57,149 nt of DNA from an uncultured Candidatus Bathyarchaeia archaeon (GTDB lineage: Archaea > Thermoproteota > Bathyarchaeia > Bathyarchaeales > DTEX01): positions 1-57,149 of the forward strand of contig CAYPJR010000001.1 of the NCBI GenBank assembly GCA_964411115.1, read 5' to 3'. Of the stretch, positions 20,311-30,450 are shown piece after piece (within the stretch, counting starts at the first letter, position 1; every line of letters begins with the position of its first letter). The notes beneath the pieces were generated by a model. That model saw nothing but the letters and a program-made list of their open reading frames with translations. It did no database searches and was not told the DNA's origin. The position numbers and the translations under genes were made by a program.

Positions 20311-21357
20311 TTACAAGCGGGATCTTAAATCTCCTAAAAATGCTGAGGGAACCCGTAGATCCTTCATCGTCTTTAAACCTGGAGGGGCGCTGAGAACATT
20401 AGGTATCGAATTCACAATCACGGCTGCGGTTCCTTTATCACCATGTATGCACGGCGATATCTTTGCATAAACCATCGGTTCACCATCAATCATTATAGAG
20501 TCGTACTCTTCCTTCGCGCCATAATATGCCTTAAATATCAGCGTTACCTTAGGTTCATCAGAAATGATCCCGTAGGCTTTCTGAGTTAGCCCAGCCACTA
20601 AGCCGGATTCCAGCGACATAAATTTGCTTTTAACCTCCTCATTGGAGATTACGGGCTCTATAGGGTCCTCTTTAACCTCATCGAGTTTCCAGCCCAGCGA
20701 TTCGGCAATCATCGCTATTGATTCTCTAAGCCCAATGTGACCCATTATTTCGCCTTTAGATGCTTTCTCCTTAAACTCTTCAGGGCTTAGTCCGACGCCT
20801 ATCTTCTTCTGAAAGGGTAGCCTCCTCTTTGCGGCGTCAATAACTCTTTCAGCACATATGCATCTAATTTCTTGGCATGCCGCCGTCAAGGTTATTACAA
20901 GCGTATCCATGACGAATCCTGGATTGATCCCGGTGCCTAGAACTGTGACGCCGTGCTTTTTAGCTAATCCATCGATTTCTTTAGCGATCTCCCCGCTTAC
21001 AATATATGGATATGAGAGCTCCTCGCATGTTGATATCACATTTAAGCCATGTTTAATGAGCGCGGTTATCTGCGGATATGCCTTCTTAAGAAATGATGTT
21101 GTTGCATGTATGGCAACATCGGCTTCAACATTTAGCTCGTCGAGGCTCTTAAAAACCTTCACGTCAAGTTTTCTTTCAAGACCAATTATATCCCCCAGAT
21201 CCCTGCCAACCTTATCTGGAGCAGCGTCCACAGCGCCAACAATCTTCACGCCTTTTTTCTTCAAAAGAAGCCTCGCTATTTCACAACCTATAGCTCCAAC
21301 CCCGAAAAGTATAACTCTAATCTCGGAGCCTAAAGGCTTATCTAAATCTTCACTCAT
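20311..21357 (-). CDS. DapB-like NAD(P)-dependent (amine) dehydrogenase, 2,4-diaminopentanoate dehydrogenase-like family
   Basis: IRVILFGVGAIGCEIARLL...IVGAVDAAPDKVGRDLGD Rossmann N-terminus, typical of this family. Confidence 0.55.
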   Translation of the reverse strand: MSEDLDKPLGSEIRVILFGVGAIGCEIARLLLKKKGVKIVGAVDAAPDKVGRDLGDIIGLERKLDVKVFKSLDELNVEADVAIHATTSFLKKAYPQITALIKHGLNVISTCEELSYPYIVSGEIAKEIDGLAKKHGVTVLGTGINPGFVMDTLVITLTAACQEIRCICAERVIDAAKRRLPFQKKIGVGLSPEEFKEKASKGEIMGHIGLRESIAMIAESLGWKLDEVKEDPIEPVISNEEVKSKFMSLESGLVAGLTQKAYGIISDEPKVTLIFKAYYGAKEEYDSIMIDGEPMVYAKISPCIHGDKGTAAVIVNSIPNVLSAPPGLKTMKDLRVPSAFLGDLRSRL

Positions 21358-21382
21358 ATGCTAGCCCAACCAATTCCAGGTT

Positions 21383-22615
21383 TTACTGGAATAAAATCTT
21401 AAATTGTTTCAGCCTTATAAAAGTCTCAGGATCATATACTTTTACCCCCTCAACAACCCGCGTTATTATGCCTTCCTCACTTGGATTATCGGGCTTTAAA
21501 CCCAGATTAAGCGATTTAAAGAGCCCCAGTAGCTGCCCAAGAATTACATCAACAATCGGCCTGCATTGATCCGGGATCTCACATTTATCTCCGCATTGAA
21601 TATCAATGGCGTAATCGACATAACGCTCAATCTCATCTTTCAGCCCGCAGCAGACCGCGATTCTTGCTAAACCTAGATTTCTCTCATGAATATCTTTCAT
21701 AAGGTCGATTTCATAACGTCTAATAAGCGGATTAGAAGAAACGAAATAGACGACCAGAGTCTTATTGTTGATGGCAACTTTCGGACCATGTCTAACCCCA
21801 AGGAAAGAGTCAAACTTACATATGATCCGCCCAGCCGTTAGTTCCTGAAGCTTTAAATGTGATTCAGCTGCGCATCCATAAAGGGGACCTGTGCCTAAGA
21901 AGAATGCCCTCTCAAAATTCAGATCAGATAAATCATTAATCAGTCCGGAATATTCCATAAGTATTTTCTCAGCCGATTCTGAGACGCATTGAATTATTTT
22001 TTCAAATTTTCCCGTTTCATGTATATACGCCAGGAACTGCGCGGTCATAAGCATTGTTGTGAAGGATGATGTCATCGCAAGCCCCTTATCATTAGCCTCT
22101 TCAGGGAGCACTATTCGAAGAACATTATTTTCGTTCTTACTTCTCAGCGTCATGAGCTTACCGCCCTCATTACATGTTATAATGACATGGTTGATTTTCT
22201 CACAATACTTGTCAGCTATGAAGAAGGCGCCTAAACTTTCAGGGCTGTTCCCAGATCTGGAGAAAGAAATCAGAGTTGTGTCCACATGCTTAAGGAGGAT
22301 CGATTCCCAGTTTGTCACGATCTCAGTGTTTGCCCTAGCTTCAACATCCACCTGCCACATGTGTCTTAAGAGATCCTCGCAGGATAAGCCAATAAAATGC
22401 GATGAGCCAGCTCCGGAAAGAATAACCCTGCTAGCCTTCTCTGCGAGAATCCTGTTTTCAATGAAATCCTCAATCTCATTTTTCCTATTTTTAAGCGTAT
22501 TGAAGCTTTTAATCCATAATTTTGGCTGCGAGAGTATTTCCTTTGGTGTATATGCAATTCCACGTGCTCTCAATTCCTCAATGGGCAGTGATAGCAGCTT
22601 AATGAGCGGATTCAT
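21383..22615 (-). CDS. agaS: AgaS-like SIS-domain sugar-phosphate deaminase/isomerase
   Basis: Collinear with E. coli AgaS as recalled: TPKEILSQPKLW, SGAGSSHFIG, SFSRSGNSPES, ITCNEGG, KGLAMTSSFTTM, GVRHGPK, TRVVEGV. Confidence 0.75.
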   Translation of the reverse strand: MNPLIKLLSLPIEELRARGIAYTPKEILSQPKLWIKSFNTLKNRKNEIEDFIENRILAEKASRVILSGAGSSHFIGLSCEDLLRHMWQVDVEARANTEIVTNWESILLKHVDTTLISFSRSGNSPESLGAFFIADKYCEKINHVIITCNEGGKLMTLRSKNENNVLRIVLPEEANDKGLAMTSSFTTMLMTAQFLAYIHETGKFEKIIQCVSESAEKILMEYSGLINDLSDLNFERAFFLGTGPLYGCAAESHLKLQELTAGRIICKFDSFLGVRHGPKVAINNKTLVVYFVSSNPLIRRYEIDLMKDIHERNLGLARIAVCCGLKDEIERYVDYAIDIQCGDKCEIPDQCRPIVDVILGQLLGLFKSLNLGLKPDNPSEEGIITRVVEGVKVYDPETFIRLKQFKILFQ

Positions 22616-22642
22616 ATGTCAACTCACGCTTGCTCTAATTTT

Positions 22643-23581
22643 TTATTCCAGAATCTCAGATTTTCTGTCCATAATAAAATTAAGCGCTTCATCCTCAGTT
22701 ATTTTTCCTTCAGCCCCTCCGATATGGAGACATGCAAGGGCTCCAACGGCATTCGCGAACATTATTGAGTCCCTTAAACTCTTATTTTCATGTACGAAGT
22801 AATATGTGAAGCCAGCGTCAAATGAGTCTCCAGCACCCGTTGTGTCTATAGGCTTTATCTTAAAGGCTTTAACATTTACGATTTCATCATTACACATGCC
22901 AACCGCTCCCTTGCCGCCGCATTTTATGACGACGGTTTTAACTTTTAAACCCAACATTTTCAGAGCATTTAACACGTTATTTGCGCTAGTTATGCCCATC
23001 GCTTCATCATCATTTGGCAGAAAAATGTCAGTGTGCTCAAGAATCTCCCAAATTTTCCCGTATCTGCCCTGCGGGTCACATTGCGGATCAAGCGATACTA
23101 CAAGTCCCTGCTTTTTTGCCTCCGCAAATATTTCGGCTAGAGAGTTCAAGAGTTTCGGCTGGAGATATATTGATGAAACATGTAGGTGATCGTAGCCATT
23201 GAAGATTTCTGGTTCAATATCCGATTTCTCTAAGGCGCCTATGCTCCCCATAAATGTGATGAGAGCCTTATTTTCCGGGTATGTTAAAGAAATTGTCACT
23301 CCGGTTCTGAGATCATCTCTTACAATGACCTTGTCTATGCCAACACCGTTAGATTTCAGAGCGTTCAGAACTATTTTACCATGCTCATCATTCCCAACTT
23401 TTCCAAGAATATCAACTTTAGCGCCGAGCTGAGCCAGCCTGCAGGCAAATATGGACGCTGACCCGCCGAGTACGGTTTTAATATCCTCGCATAATATTTC
23501 CCGCCCAAGCTCCGGGAAGGAACTCATTCCGCTAATTATTATGTCAACATTTAAATCTCCAATCACTAGGGTTTTTTTCAA
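22643..23581 (-). CDS. PfkB-family carbohydrate kinase
   Basis: GGSASIFA N-terminal motif and the DTTGAGDSF signature. Confidence 0.85.
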   Translation of the reverse strand: MKKTLVIGDLNVDIIISGMSSFPELGREILCEDIKTVLGGSASIFACRLAQLGAKVDILGKVGNDEHGKIVLNALKSNGVGIDKVIVRDDLRTGVTISLTYPENKALITFMGSIGALEKSDIEPEIFNGYDHLHVSSIYLQPKLLNSLAEIFAEAKKQGLVVSLDPQCDPQGRYGKIWEILEHTDIFLPNDDEAMGITSANNVLNALKMLGLKVKTVVIKCGGKGAVGMCNDEIVNVKAFKIKPIDTTGAGDSFDAGFTYYFVHENKSLRDSIMFANAVGALACLHIGGAEGKITEDEALNFIMDRKSEILE

Positions 23582-23608
23582 GCTGATTTCCTCCCATATT
23601 AACGGAGC

Positions 23609-24427
23609 CTAGAATCTTCTTATAATATACTGAATCGCAGACTCAAATATTAGTCTGCCATCCCCATATTTAGGCGGCTTACTCATTCTAGTCCAGTCTG
23701 GCAATTGCCAACCGTAGTATGCTCTCTCCGGATGGGGCATTAAGCCGAAAACTGTTCCTTCCGGATTGCATATGCCGGCTATGTCATAAAATGATCCGTT
23801 TGGATTGTCAGGATATCTTCCTTCAGCATACTCGCCGTTTTCGGTACAATATCTTAAAACTATCTGATCGTTCTCCAGCAGTTTATTCAGAACCTCATTT
23901 TCTCTACCGCTCGGCAGCAGAAATCTTCCCTCAGCATGAGACACAGGTATGCGGAGAACCCTACCCTTAGGTATAAGCCTTGTAAATACGCATTTCCCAT
24001 TATTCTCATGTCTTAAGTAAACCCATCTGCATCTATAACCTATAGGAATATTCGTCGCTAAAGCCGCCTCAGGATGCTCACTGATGCCATTTATTCCCGG
24101 AAGCAAGCCCGACTCCACAAGTATCTGGAAGCCGTTGCATATTCCAAGTATCGGTCTGCCCTCATCAATAAATCTCATTATTTCTCTGCCGATTCGCGCC
24201 ATAATATTTTTTGCAAAGATCACGCCGGCCCTAACATAATCACCATACGCGAAGCCTCCTGGAAAAACTAGGATATGATAGTCCAGTAAGTTTATTCTCC
24301 GCAGCACTTCATTAAAGTGATATATGAATGCTTTTACACCTAGATCCTTAAACGACCTTTTTGTTTCAGCATCGCAGTTTGTTCCGCCAACCCTAACTAT
24401 GCAGACCTTAACTTCCTCACGCTTCAT
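23609..24427 (-). CDS. purQ: phosphoribosylformylglycinamidine synthase, glutaminase subunit
   Basis: GICNGFQ nucleophile, PHPER motif and operon context with purL/purS. Confidence 0.9.
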   Translation of the reverse strand: MKREEVKVCIVRVGGTNCDAETKRSFKDLGVKAFIYHFNEVLRRINLLDYHILVFPGGFAYGDYVRAGVIFAKNIMARIGREIMRFIDEGRPILGICNGFQILVESGLLPGINGISEHPEAALATNIPIGYRCRWVYLRHENNGKCVFTRLIPKGRVLRIPVSHAEGRFLLPSGRENEVLNKLLENDQIVLRYCTENGEYAEGRYPDNPNGSFYDIAGICNPEGTVFGLMPHPERAYYGWQLPDWTRMSKPPKYGDGRLIFESAIQYIIRRF

Positions 24428-24442
24428 TTATTCCCAAGTCTC

Positions 24443-26818
24443 CTAGAGGGGTTTCCTCCACGAATTGAGGAGTTTCTCTATGTCAGTTTGGATAACTGGA
24501 TCGCCGTTCAGACCGTGAACTATGAATGAATCGTCGCTTCTAACCCTACCTATTAAGGCGTGGTACGCTCCCTTAACGGTTGATTCAAATGCCTCCCTAT
24601 ATTTCTCCGAAACCTCAACTAGAAAGCGGCTGTTAGACTCTGAGAACAATATATAATCGTTTCTCCGCAGATTATCGGCTACTGGAACATTTTTAAGCCA
24701 GATTTCTAATCCATAACCGCCGGCGAAAGCCATCTCGGCAGCCGCAACAGCTAAGCCGCCCTCAGAAAGGTCGTGGCATGCCCGAATATATCCCTTATCA
24801 ATCGCCCTCGTTATTGCACGCACGCTGCGTTTAGCCTCTTTAAGCCTAACCTTAGGAACATTTTTCCCTAAGAAACCTTTAATCCTATAATATTCTGAGC
24901 CGCCGAGCTCCATATAAGTCCGCCCAACAATATAGATGAGATTTCCAACCTCCTTTAGATCCATTGAAACTATCTTTCTCACATCTGGAACCACCCCGAT
25001 GGCGGTTATTAGAAGGGTTGGTGTAACCGGTCCAAGCGGCGACTCATTATATAGGCTATCTTTTCCCGAGATAAATGGGGTTCTGAATCCCTTAGCAAAG
25101 CGGTAGCATGCTGCGCAAGCCCTAACGAGGGAGCCCAGCCTATCGGGCTTTTCAGGGTTTCCCCAGACGAAATTGTCAAGTAAAGCTATTCTACGTCCAC
25201 CGACAGCCACATTGTTGCGGATGGCTTCATCAATCGCTGAAGCCGCCATCCAGTATGCGTCAATTTTACCATAGGATGGGTTGATCCCGCATGATATTAC
25301 GATGCCTCTCCAAGATTTATCTAACGGCTTTATCACGGCGGCATCGCTGGGACCATTATTTTTGCCGCAGAAGGGCTTCAGAACGGTGTTTCCCTTAACT
25401 TCATGATCGTATGTTCTAACAACAGATTCCTTACTGGCAACATTCGGCGAAGATAGAATCTCGAGAAGATCCCTCGTTAAATCCTTAGGTTCTGGAAAAG
25501 CAGGTTCTTTAAGTTTAGGTTTAACGAATTTAGCTGTCCGCCTAAATCTCGGTGGACTGAAGAGGAACGGTATGTCAAGCTCAGCGATGAGGAAACCTCT
25601 ATAGGATATTTTCAGCATGCCATCGTTAGTTAATTTACCTATCGATGTTGCCTCAACATTTTCATCATTAAAGATCTTGATCACCTCATCTAGGTTGCTT
25701 TCGGGAACTGTGAGAAGCATTCTTTCCTGAGATTCAGAGATATAGATTTCCCAGGGCGCTATGTTTGGATATTTAAGTGGAACTTTATCTAGTTCAAGGC
25801 TTGCTCCACACTTGAACTTATATGCTGTCTCCCCAACAGCGCTTGAAAGCCCTCCGCCGCCTAAATCAGTTATTGAGGACGCTAGCTTCAAATCCCTTAT
25901 GGCTATTACGGCTCGCTTAAGCTTCTCCTCCTCAATTGGATTCGCTATTTGAACCGCTGGCCTGGAAACTTCCTCCGACTTCTCGGTTAACTCTAATGAG
26001 GCGAATGTTACGCCGTGTATTCCATCCCTGCCGGTTCTACCGCCCGCTAGAACTAGATGATCACCAGCTCCGGCATTTTTTATATATTTGCTTATTGGCA
26101 GCAGCCCTACACAGCCGCAATAAACAACAACATTTCCAACATAGCTCTCATCGAATAGAATGGCGCCGTTAACCGTAGGTATGCCCATATTGTTGCCGTA
26201 GCTGCCTATCCCAGCCACAACGCCTCTAAAAATATATCTTGGATGCTTTATTCCCGGCGGAAGCTTTGCAAACTCGTAGTCAAGCGGACCGAAGCCTAAA
26301 ACGTCCATGCATGCTATTGGATCAGCCCAGACGCCAAGTACATCACGTATAACGCCGCCTACACCGGTTGCGGCGCCACCGAAGGGCTCTATGGCTGATG
26401 GATGATTATGGGTTTCAACCTTAACCGCTATCCCATAATCTCCCTCAAAATGGATTATGCCAGCGTTATCCTCAAAAACCGAGATGCACCATGGCATATT
26501 AAGTTCCCGAGTGACCTTAGCTATAAAAGTTTTAAACAGCGAGTCTATCTCTCTTCCATCTGGAAGGATAACTAAGCCTTTAAATGTTTTATGGTAGCAG
26601 TGCTCGCTCCATGTCTGCCCAATAGCCTGCAACTCAATATCGGTTGGGTTTCTATGCTTCTCTAAAAAATAATTTCTTATGGCAAGCATTTCCTCAAGGT
26701 TTAATGCCAAGCCCATTTCTTCGCTTATCTTCAGAAGATCCTTTTCATCCGCTTCCAAAATGTTAATTTCGTAAATCTCGAAGGGCATAGGCTTCCTAAC
26801 GTAAAGACTTTTACTCAT
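24443..26818 (-). CDS. purL: phosphoribosylformylglycinamidine synthase subunit II
   Basis: 791 aa, duplicated PurM-like domains, HNHPS motif. Confidence 0.95.
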   Translation of the reverse strand: MSKSLYVRKPMPFEIYEINILEADEKDLLKISEEMGLALNLEEMLAIRNYFLEKHRNPTDIELQAIGQTWSEHCYHKTFKGLVILPDGREIDSLFKTFIAKVTRELNMPWCISVFEDNAGIIHFEGDYGIAVKVETHNHPSAIEPFGGAATGVGGVIRDVLGVWADPIACMDVLGFGPLDYEFAKLPPGIKHPRYIFRGVVAGIGSYGNNMGIPTVNGAILFDESYVGNVVVYCGCVGLLPISKYIKNAGAGDHLVLAGGRTGRDGIHGVTFASLELTEKSEEVSRPAVQIANPIEEEKLKRAVIAIRDLKLASSITDLGGGGLSSAVGETAYKFKCGASLELDKVPLKYPNIAPWEIYISESQERMLLTVPESNLDEVIKIFNDENVEATSIGKLTNDGMLKISYRGFLIAELDIPFLFSPPRFRRTAKFVKPKLKEPAFPEPKDLTRDLLEILSSPNVASKESVVRTYDHEVKGNTVLKPFCGKNNGPSDAAVIKPLDKSWRGIVISCGINPSYGKIDAYWMAASAIDEAIRNNVAVGGRRIALLDNFVWGNPEKPDRLGSLVRACAACYRFAKGFRTPFISGKDSLYNESPLGPVTPTLLITAIGVVPDVRKIVSMDLKEVGNLIYIVGRTYMELGGSEYYRIKGFLGKNVPKVRLKEAKRSVRAITRAIDKGYIRACHDLSEGGLAVAAAEMAFAGGYGLEIWLKNVPVADNLRRNDYILFSESNSRFLVEVSEKYREAFESTVKGAYHALIGRVRSDDSFIVHGLNGDPVIQTDIEKLLNSWRKPL

Positions 26819-27068
26819 TCTCCGCCTCCTCTATTCTATATTTATAGTCGTCTTTAACAGGATTAGCGAGCAGCCTTCTACACATTTCCTCAACTTTCAT
26901 CTGAGCGTCATTAATTGATGATGCTTCGAAAAGTATTTCGTATACCTTGCCAACTCTAACGGAGTCAACTGGATAATTCAGCTCAATAAGGGCTTCACGG
27001 GTAGTTTCACCTTCAGGGTCAGAGTGTCCAGGTTTTAAATTAACCTCAACCCTCGCAATATATTTCAT
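26811..27068 (-). CDS. purS: phosphoribosylformylglycinamidine synthase subunit PurS
   Basis: 85 aa. Overlaps the purL start by 8 nt. Contains the typical LKPGHSDPEG motif. Confidence 0.85.
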   Translation of the reverse strand: MKYIARVEVNLKPGHSDPEGETTREALIELNYPVDSVRVGKVYEILFEASSINDAQMKVEEMCRRLLANPVKDDYKYRIEEAENE

Positions 27069-27115
27069 GAAAGAAAAAGATGGATGATGGAGGTAATTAA
27101 CTTTGAGGTTGAATT

Positions 27116-28315
27116 CTACTTCCAGAATGAGGGAGGAACAGTTTCAGGTTTACCGTCAAGATCTAAAGCCACCACGGTGTCTATTGGATCAAGTGGCCTT
27201 GGGGGTAAGCCGCGGATGAACACTCTGTCATCCTTCTGTTCAAATTTAAGCGGAGCTTCTGTTGCCAATATATACGCGCGTAGAACCTTATTCTTTATGC
27301 CAGCCACGCACATTTCCCTACCTGGCCAATAAAGAACATGCACATACGCTTTATTGCCCTTAGCTGTAACGTATCCTAGATGGTGCGCTCCAAACGGTGC
27401 GGCTCCAGCGCCATATATTGATTCACCGTTCCGCTTTAACCATTCGCCTACAACCCTCAATCTGCGCGCGTAAGCCTCAGGTATGCTGCCATCGGATCTC
27501 GGACCAACATTAAATAGCAGATTGCCATTCCCAGCAACGCAGCGCGTCAGTAGGCGAACTATTTCCAGCGGACTTTTAAGATGATTATCACCTGCATGAT
27601 AGCCCCACCAAGCTTCATCTATCGTCATGCATGATTCCCAAGGCCTATCATAGTATCGTATATGCTGCTCAGGGGTCTCAAAATCTTCTGGAACGCCGGA
27701 GCGGTTGTTAATAATTATGTCCGGCTGGAGGCTGCGAACCATAGAATTTAAACGTTCCGACTGCCAATCTTCAGCACGATAGGGCCATGCGCCATCATAC
27801 CATAAAATGTCAATTTTCCCATAATTGCTCATTAACTCGCGAACTTGCGCATGCACATACTCGCGGAATTTAGCCCAACCATCAGGGTTTTTAGATGGGC
27901 CATCCCAATATTCGGGCCAACGCCAATCAAGCAGCGAATAGTAAAAGCCTATTCGCATCCCAGCTTTTCGACATGCCTCAACATATTCAGCGATAAAATC
28001 TCTTTTTGCCGCAGTTTTTACTGACGTGAAATCTGAGACTTGGCTATCCCAAAGGCAGAATCCATCATGGTGCCTCGTTGTTAAAACCATATATTTCATT
28101 CCCGCCTTCTTAGCTAACGCAACCCATTCATCTGCATTGAACTTTGTGGGTTTAAACTTGAAAGCCAACTTAGCGTACTCAGCTTTCGGAATGCGCTCAA
28201 AAAACATCACCCATTCGCCGCGTTTCAAAATGGAATAGAGCCCCCAATGAATGAACATTCCAAACCTTGCCTCGATCCACCACTTTAACCTTTCAGGAAT
28301 AGGCTTCTCAGACAT
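27116..28315 (-). CDS. GH29 alpha-L-fucosidase (no signal peptide seen)
   Basis: FGMFIHWGLYS and TTRHHDGFCLWDS motifs. Confidence 0.9.
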   Translation of the reverse strand: MSEKPIPERLKWWIEARFGMFIHWGLYSILKRGEWVMFFERIPKAEYAKLAFKFKPTKFNADEWVALAKKAGMKYMVLTTRHHDGFCLWDSQVSDFTSVKTAAKRDFIAEYVEACRKAGMRIGFYYSLLDWRWPEYWDGPSKNPDGWAKFREYVHAQVRELMSNYGKIDILWYDGAWPYRAEDWQSERLNSMVRSLQPDIIINNRSGVPEDFETPEQHIRYYDRPWESCMTIDEAWWGYHAGDNHLKSPLEIVRLLTRCVAGNGNLLFNVGPRSDGSIPEAYARRLRVVGEWLKRNGESIYGAGAAPFGAHHLGYVTAKGNKAYVHVLYWPGREMCVAGIKNKVLRAYILATEAPLKFEQKDDRVFIRGLPPRPLDPIDTVVALDLDGKPETVPPSFWK

Positions 28316-28466
28316 TTAACCACCATTTTCCCTTTTTGTTTTACATGCAAATATAATTTTTATTTTTTAATGGATAAAAGCATCGCTGCGTCGGCTGCTT
28401 AAAGCGAGATTGTGAGGTATAGTCAACATGGACTTTCCTTAAAAATTTCATTGTTAAAGAAATGAA

Positions 28467-29480
28467 TCATATTGGGAGACTTACTGGTTTGCCGGTTTCC
28501 ATAGATATATTTGCAGCTATTGTTACTTCCATAGTTTTTAAGCCGTCGCTGTATGTGCACATTATTCTCGACGGATCGTTGAGGCGCACAGCGTCTATGA
28601 AGGCGTTATCCTCTATTTCAAATATGTTTGGTTCGCCAGGAACCTCAATTGGTTCCATGTTTTGTCTAAGCAATCTGAGGTTGTGCTCCCAACCGGTGAA
28701 TAGCGCCGTGGTTTTATTGGCGTATATAGCTAAGGTTACTCCCCCTCCGCCACCGTTAGCCGAGCATGAAGCCCATAGGCTTCCAACTGCGCCGTTAATG
28801 AGCTTCATATTGACGACGCTTGCATCCTCAATATTGTATTTTTCCGGAACACCCTTATTGAAGCCTCTGGCTGGTGAGGCGTAAACCTCCTTCACTTCGC
28901 CGCAGAGAAATCTAACTAGGTCAACCGTGTGTGTTACTTGCTCATGGAACTGTCCACCGCTTTTCTCCTTCTCAATCCACCATTCCAATATGGATGATTC
29001 CGGTGAGGGATTAGGTGTCCCCCCGATCCAGCCACCTAAAAACAGTATAGGCGGATCTTCGCGTAGTGTCTCCCTGACCACATTAACGCTTTTTCTATAG
29101 CGGTTCATATATCCAACGCTTGTAATAATATTCTTTTTCTCAACAGCCGAGGCTATTTTCCTAGCGCGATCTAAATGGAGATCCACTGGTTTTTCAACAA
29201 AGAATGGTATATTAAGCTCTACAGCCGCCATCTCTGAGCCATGGGCGAATGGCGGAAGGCAAAAGTACGCTGCATCAAGTTTAACTTTCTCAAACATTTC
29301 TTCAGCTTCACTAAAGAATCTAGCTCCTTCAGCGCCAAATTTTTCAGCAGCCATTCTTGCACGTTTTAGATTTACGTCGCAGAATGCGATCATAGAAACG
29401 TAGGGATTTTTAGTCAACCCCTTCATGTGTTCAAGGGCTATTCCACCACAGCCAACAAAGCCTACGTTAATCTTAGTCAA
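28467..29480 (-). CDS. Gfo/Idh/MocA-family NAD(P) oxidoreductase
   Basis: VGFVGCGGIA Rossmann motif and the FVEKPV (EKP) motif. Confidence 0.85.
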   Translation of the reverse strand: MTKINVGFVGCGGIALEHMKGLTKNPYVSMIAFCDVNLKRARMAAEKFGAEGARFFSEAEEMFEKVKLDAAYFCLPPFAHGSEMAAVELNIPFFVEKPVDLHLDRARKIASAVEKKNIITSVGYMNRYRKSVNVVRETLREDPPILFLGGWIGGTPNPSPESSILEWWIEKEKSGGQFHEQVTHTVDLVRFLCGEVKEVYASPARGFNKGVPEKYNIEDASVVNMKLINGAVGSLWASCSANGGGGGVTLAIYANKTTALFTGWEHNLRLLRQNMEPIEVPGEPNIFEIEDNAFIDAVRLNDPSRIMCTYSDGLKTMEVTIAANISMETGKPVSLPI

Positions 29481-29513
29481 CTATTTTCCTCTCCAATTCT
29501 TTTTCAAAATAAT

Positions 29514-30302
29514 TTAGATGAGACTTTTAAGGTAATTCACGCATTTAGGCAGTTCAACATCCGGGTTCCCGGGTATTCCGCATTCAAGGGCCATAAAGTT
29601 TTTATAGCCAATCTTTTTTAGCGCTTCAAATCCGGATTTGAAGTCGGTATGCCCATATCCGGGCAATAATCGGTTACTGTCAGCCAAGTGCACATGAAAT
29701 ATGTAGCCATCAGCGTTCTCTATGCTCTTCGCTATGGTTGCCTCTTCAATATTCATGTGAAAGAAGTCAGCCATAATCTTAATATGCTCCTTTCCAGCGG
29801 CTCTACATATTTCAACGGCTTGTTCAAGCCTATTAATAAAGTGGGTTTCGTAGCGGTTTAAGGGCTCAAGCAAAACATAGGCTCCAACATCATCAGCGTA
29901 TTCGCCTAAGATTCTGCATTCCTCAATCAATATCTGCTTTTCAATCTCTTTAATGTCGGAACGCCACGGATAAAGGTCGGAAATTTTAGGTCCGCCGAAT
30001 GTTGGAACAGTTATCACGCCGACGCCTCCAAGATCAGCGCATAACTTAAGCCTCTCTTTTATTCCTTCAATGGCTATCTCCCTTGTTTTACGATCCGGCC
30101 CAAGCAGATCTCCGCTGTAGCCACTGCAGACCGTTGATAGTTTAATCTTAGATGTGCTTAGGGCTTCTTTCACTTCTCTGAAGCGTTGCGGCAGATCATT
30201 CCCCCAAACCTCTAAACCTTCAAAACCATATGCTTCCGTCTTCTGAACTTTTTCATTAAAAGTTTTACCCGGCACCAAGTTTTCCTGAATAGATAGTTTC
30301 AT
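29514..30302 (-). CDS. sugar phosphate isomerase/epimerase (xylose isomerase-like TIM barrel)
   Basis: LEPLNRYE and HVHLADSNR metal-site motifs. I start it at MKLSIQENL (30302), not the upstream ATG at 30341. Confidence 0.8.
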   Translation of the reverse strand: MKLSIQENLVPGKTFNEKVQKTEAYGFEGLEVWGNDLPQRFREVKEALSTSKIKLSTVCSGYSGDLLGPDRKTREIAIEGIKERLKLCADLGGVGVITVPTFGGPKISDLYPWRSDIKEIEKQILIEECRILGEYADDVGAYVLLEPLNRYETHFINRLEQAVEICRAAGKEHIKIMADFFHMNIEEATIAKSIENADGYIFHVHLADSNRLLPGYGHTDFKSGFEALKKIGYKNFMALECGIPGNPDVELPKCVNYLKSLI

Positions 30303-30450
30303 GATGCACCACCATATTTTAAGGGTGAAATCACCCAGCAATAAGATTATAAAAAAAGTATTTTTATGCTTTTGCAGTGCCAGTTTTATAAAATGTTACG
30401 GAAAAGATGGAGATCTAAGACATATGAGGAGTTTGAGGTTTCCCCAAAGG

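Noticed and set aside
20858-21364. 168-aa plus-strand ORF antisense to the DapB-like dehydrogenase.
   Set aside because: The sense gene has clear Rossmann and family motifs. The antisense product is Ser/Leu/Pro-rich with no motif.
22059-22802. Unusually long (247 aa) plus-strand ORF antisense to the AgaS-like gene, running into the PfkB kinase 3' end.
   Set aside because: Both sense genes match known families along their full length. The antisense product is Ser/Leu-rich and low-complexity, and it crosses an intergenic gap. The length is noteworthy, but I see no independent evidence of coding.
28462-28884. 140-aa ORF antisense to the Gfo/Idh/MocA gene. There are similar antisense ORFs at 36247-36678, 37105-37398, 39991-40293, 13001-13354 and 49467-49841.
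   Set aside because: All are nested in strongly supported genes on the opposite strand and lack motifs or start signals.
30303-30341. 13-codon N-terminal extension (MLGDFTLKIWWCI) of the TIM-barrel isomerase in the ORF track.
   Set aside because: Family members start near MKLSIQENL, and the extension is hydrophobic and atypical. The downstream ATG at 30302 is preferred.
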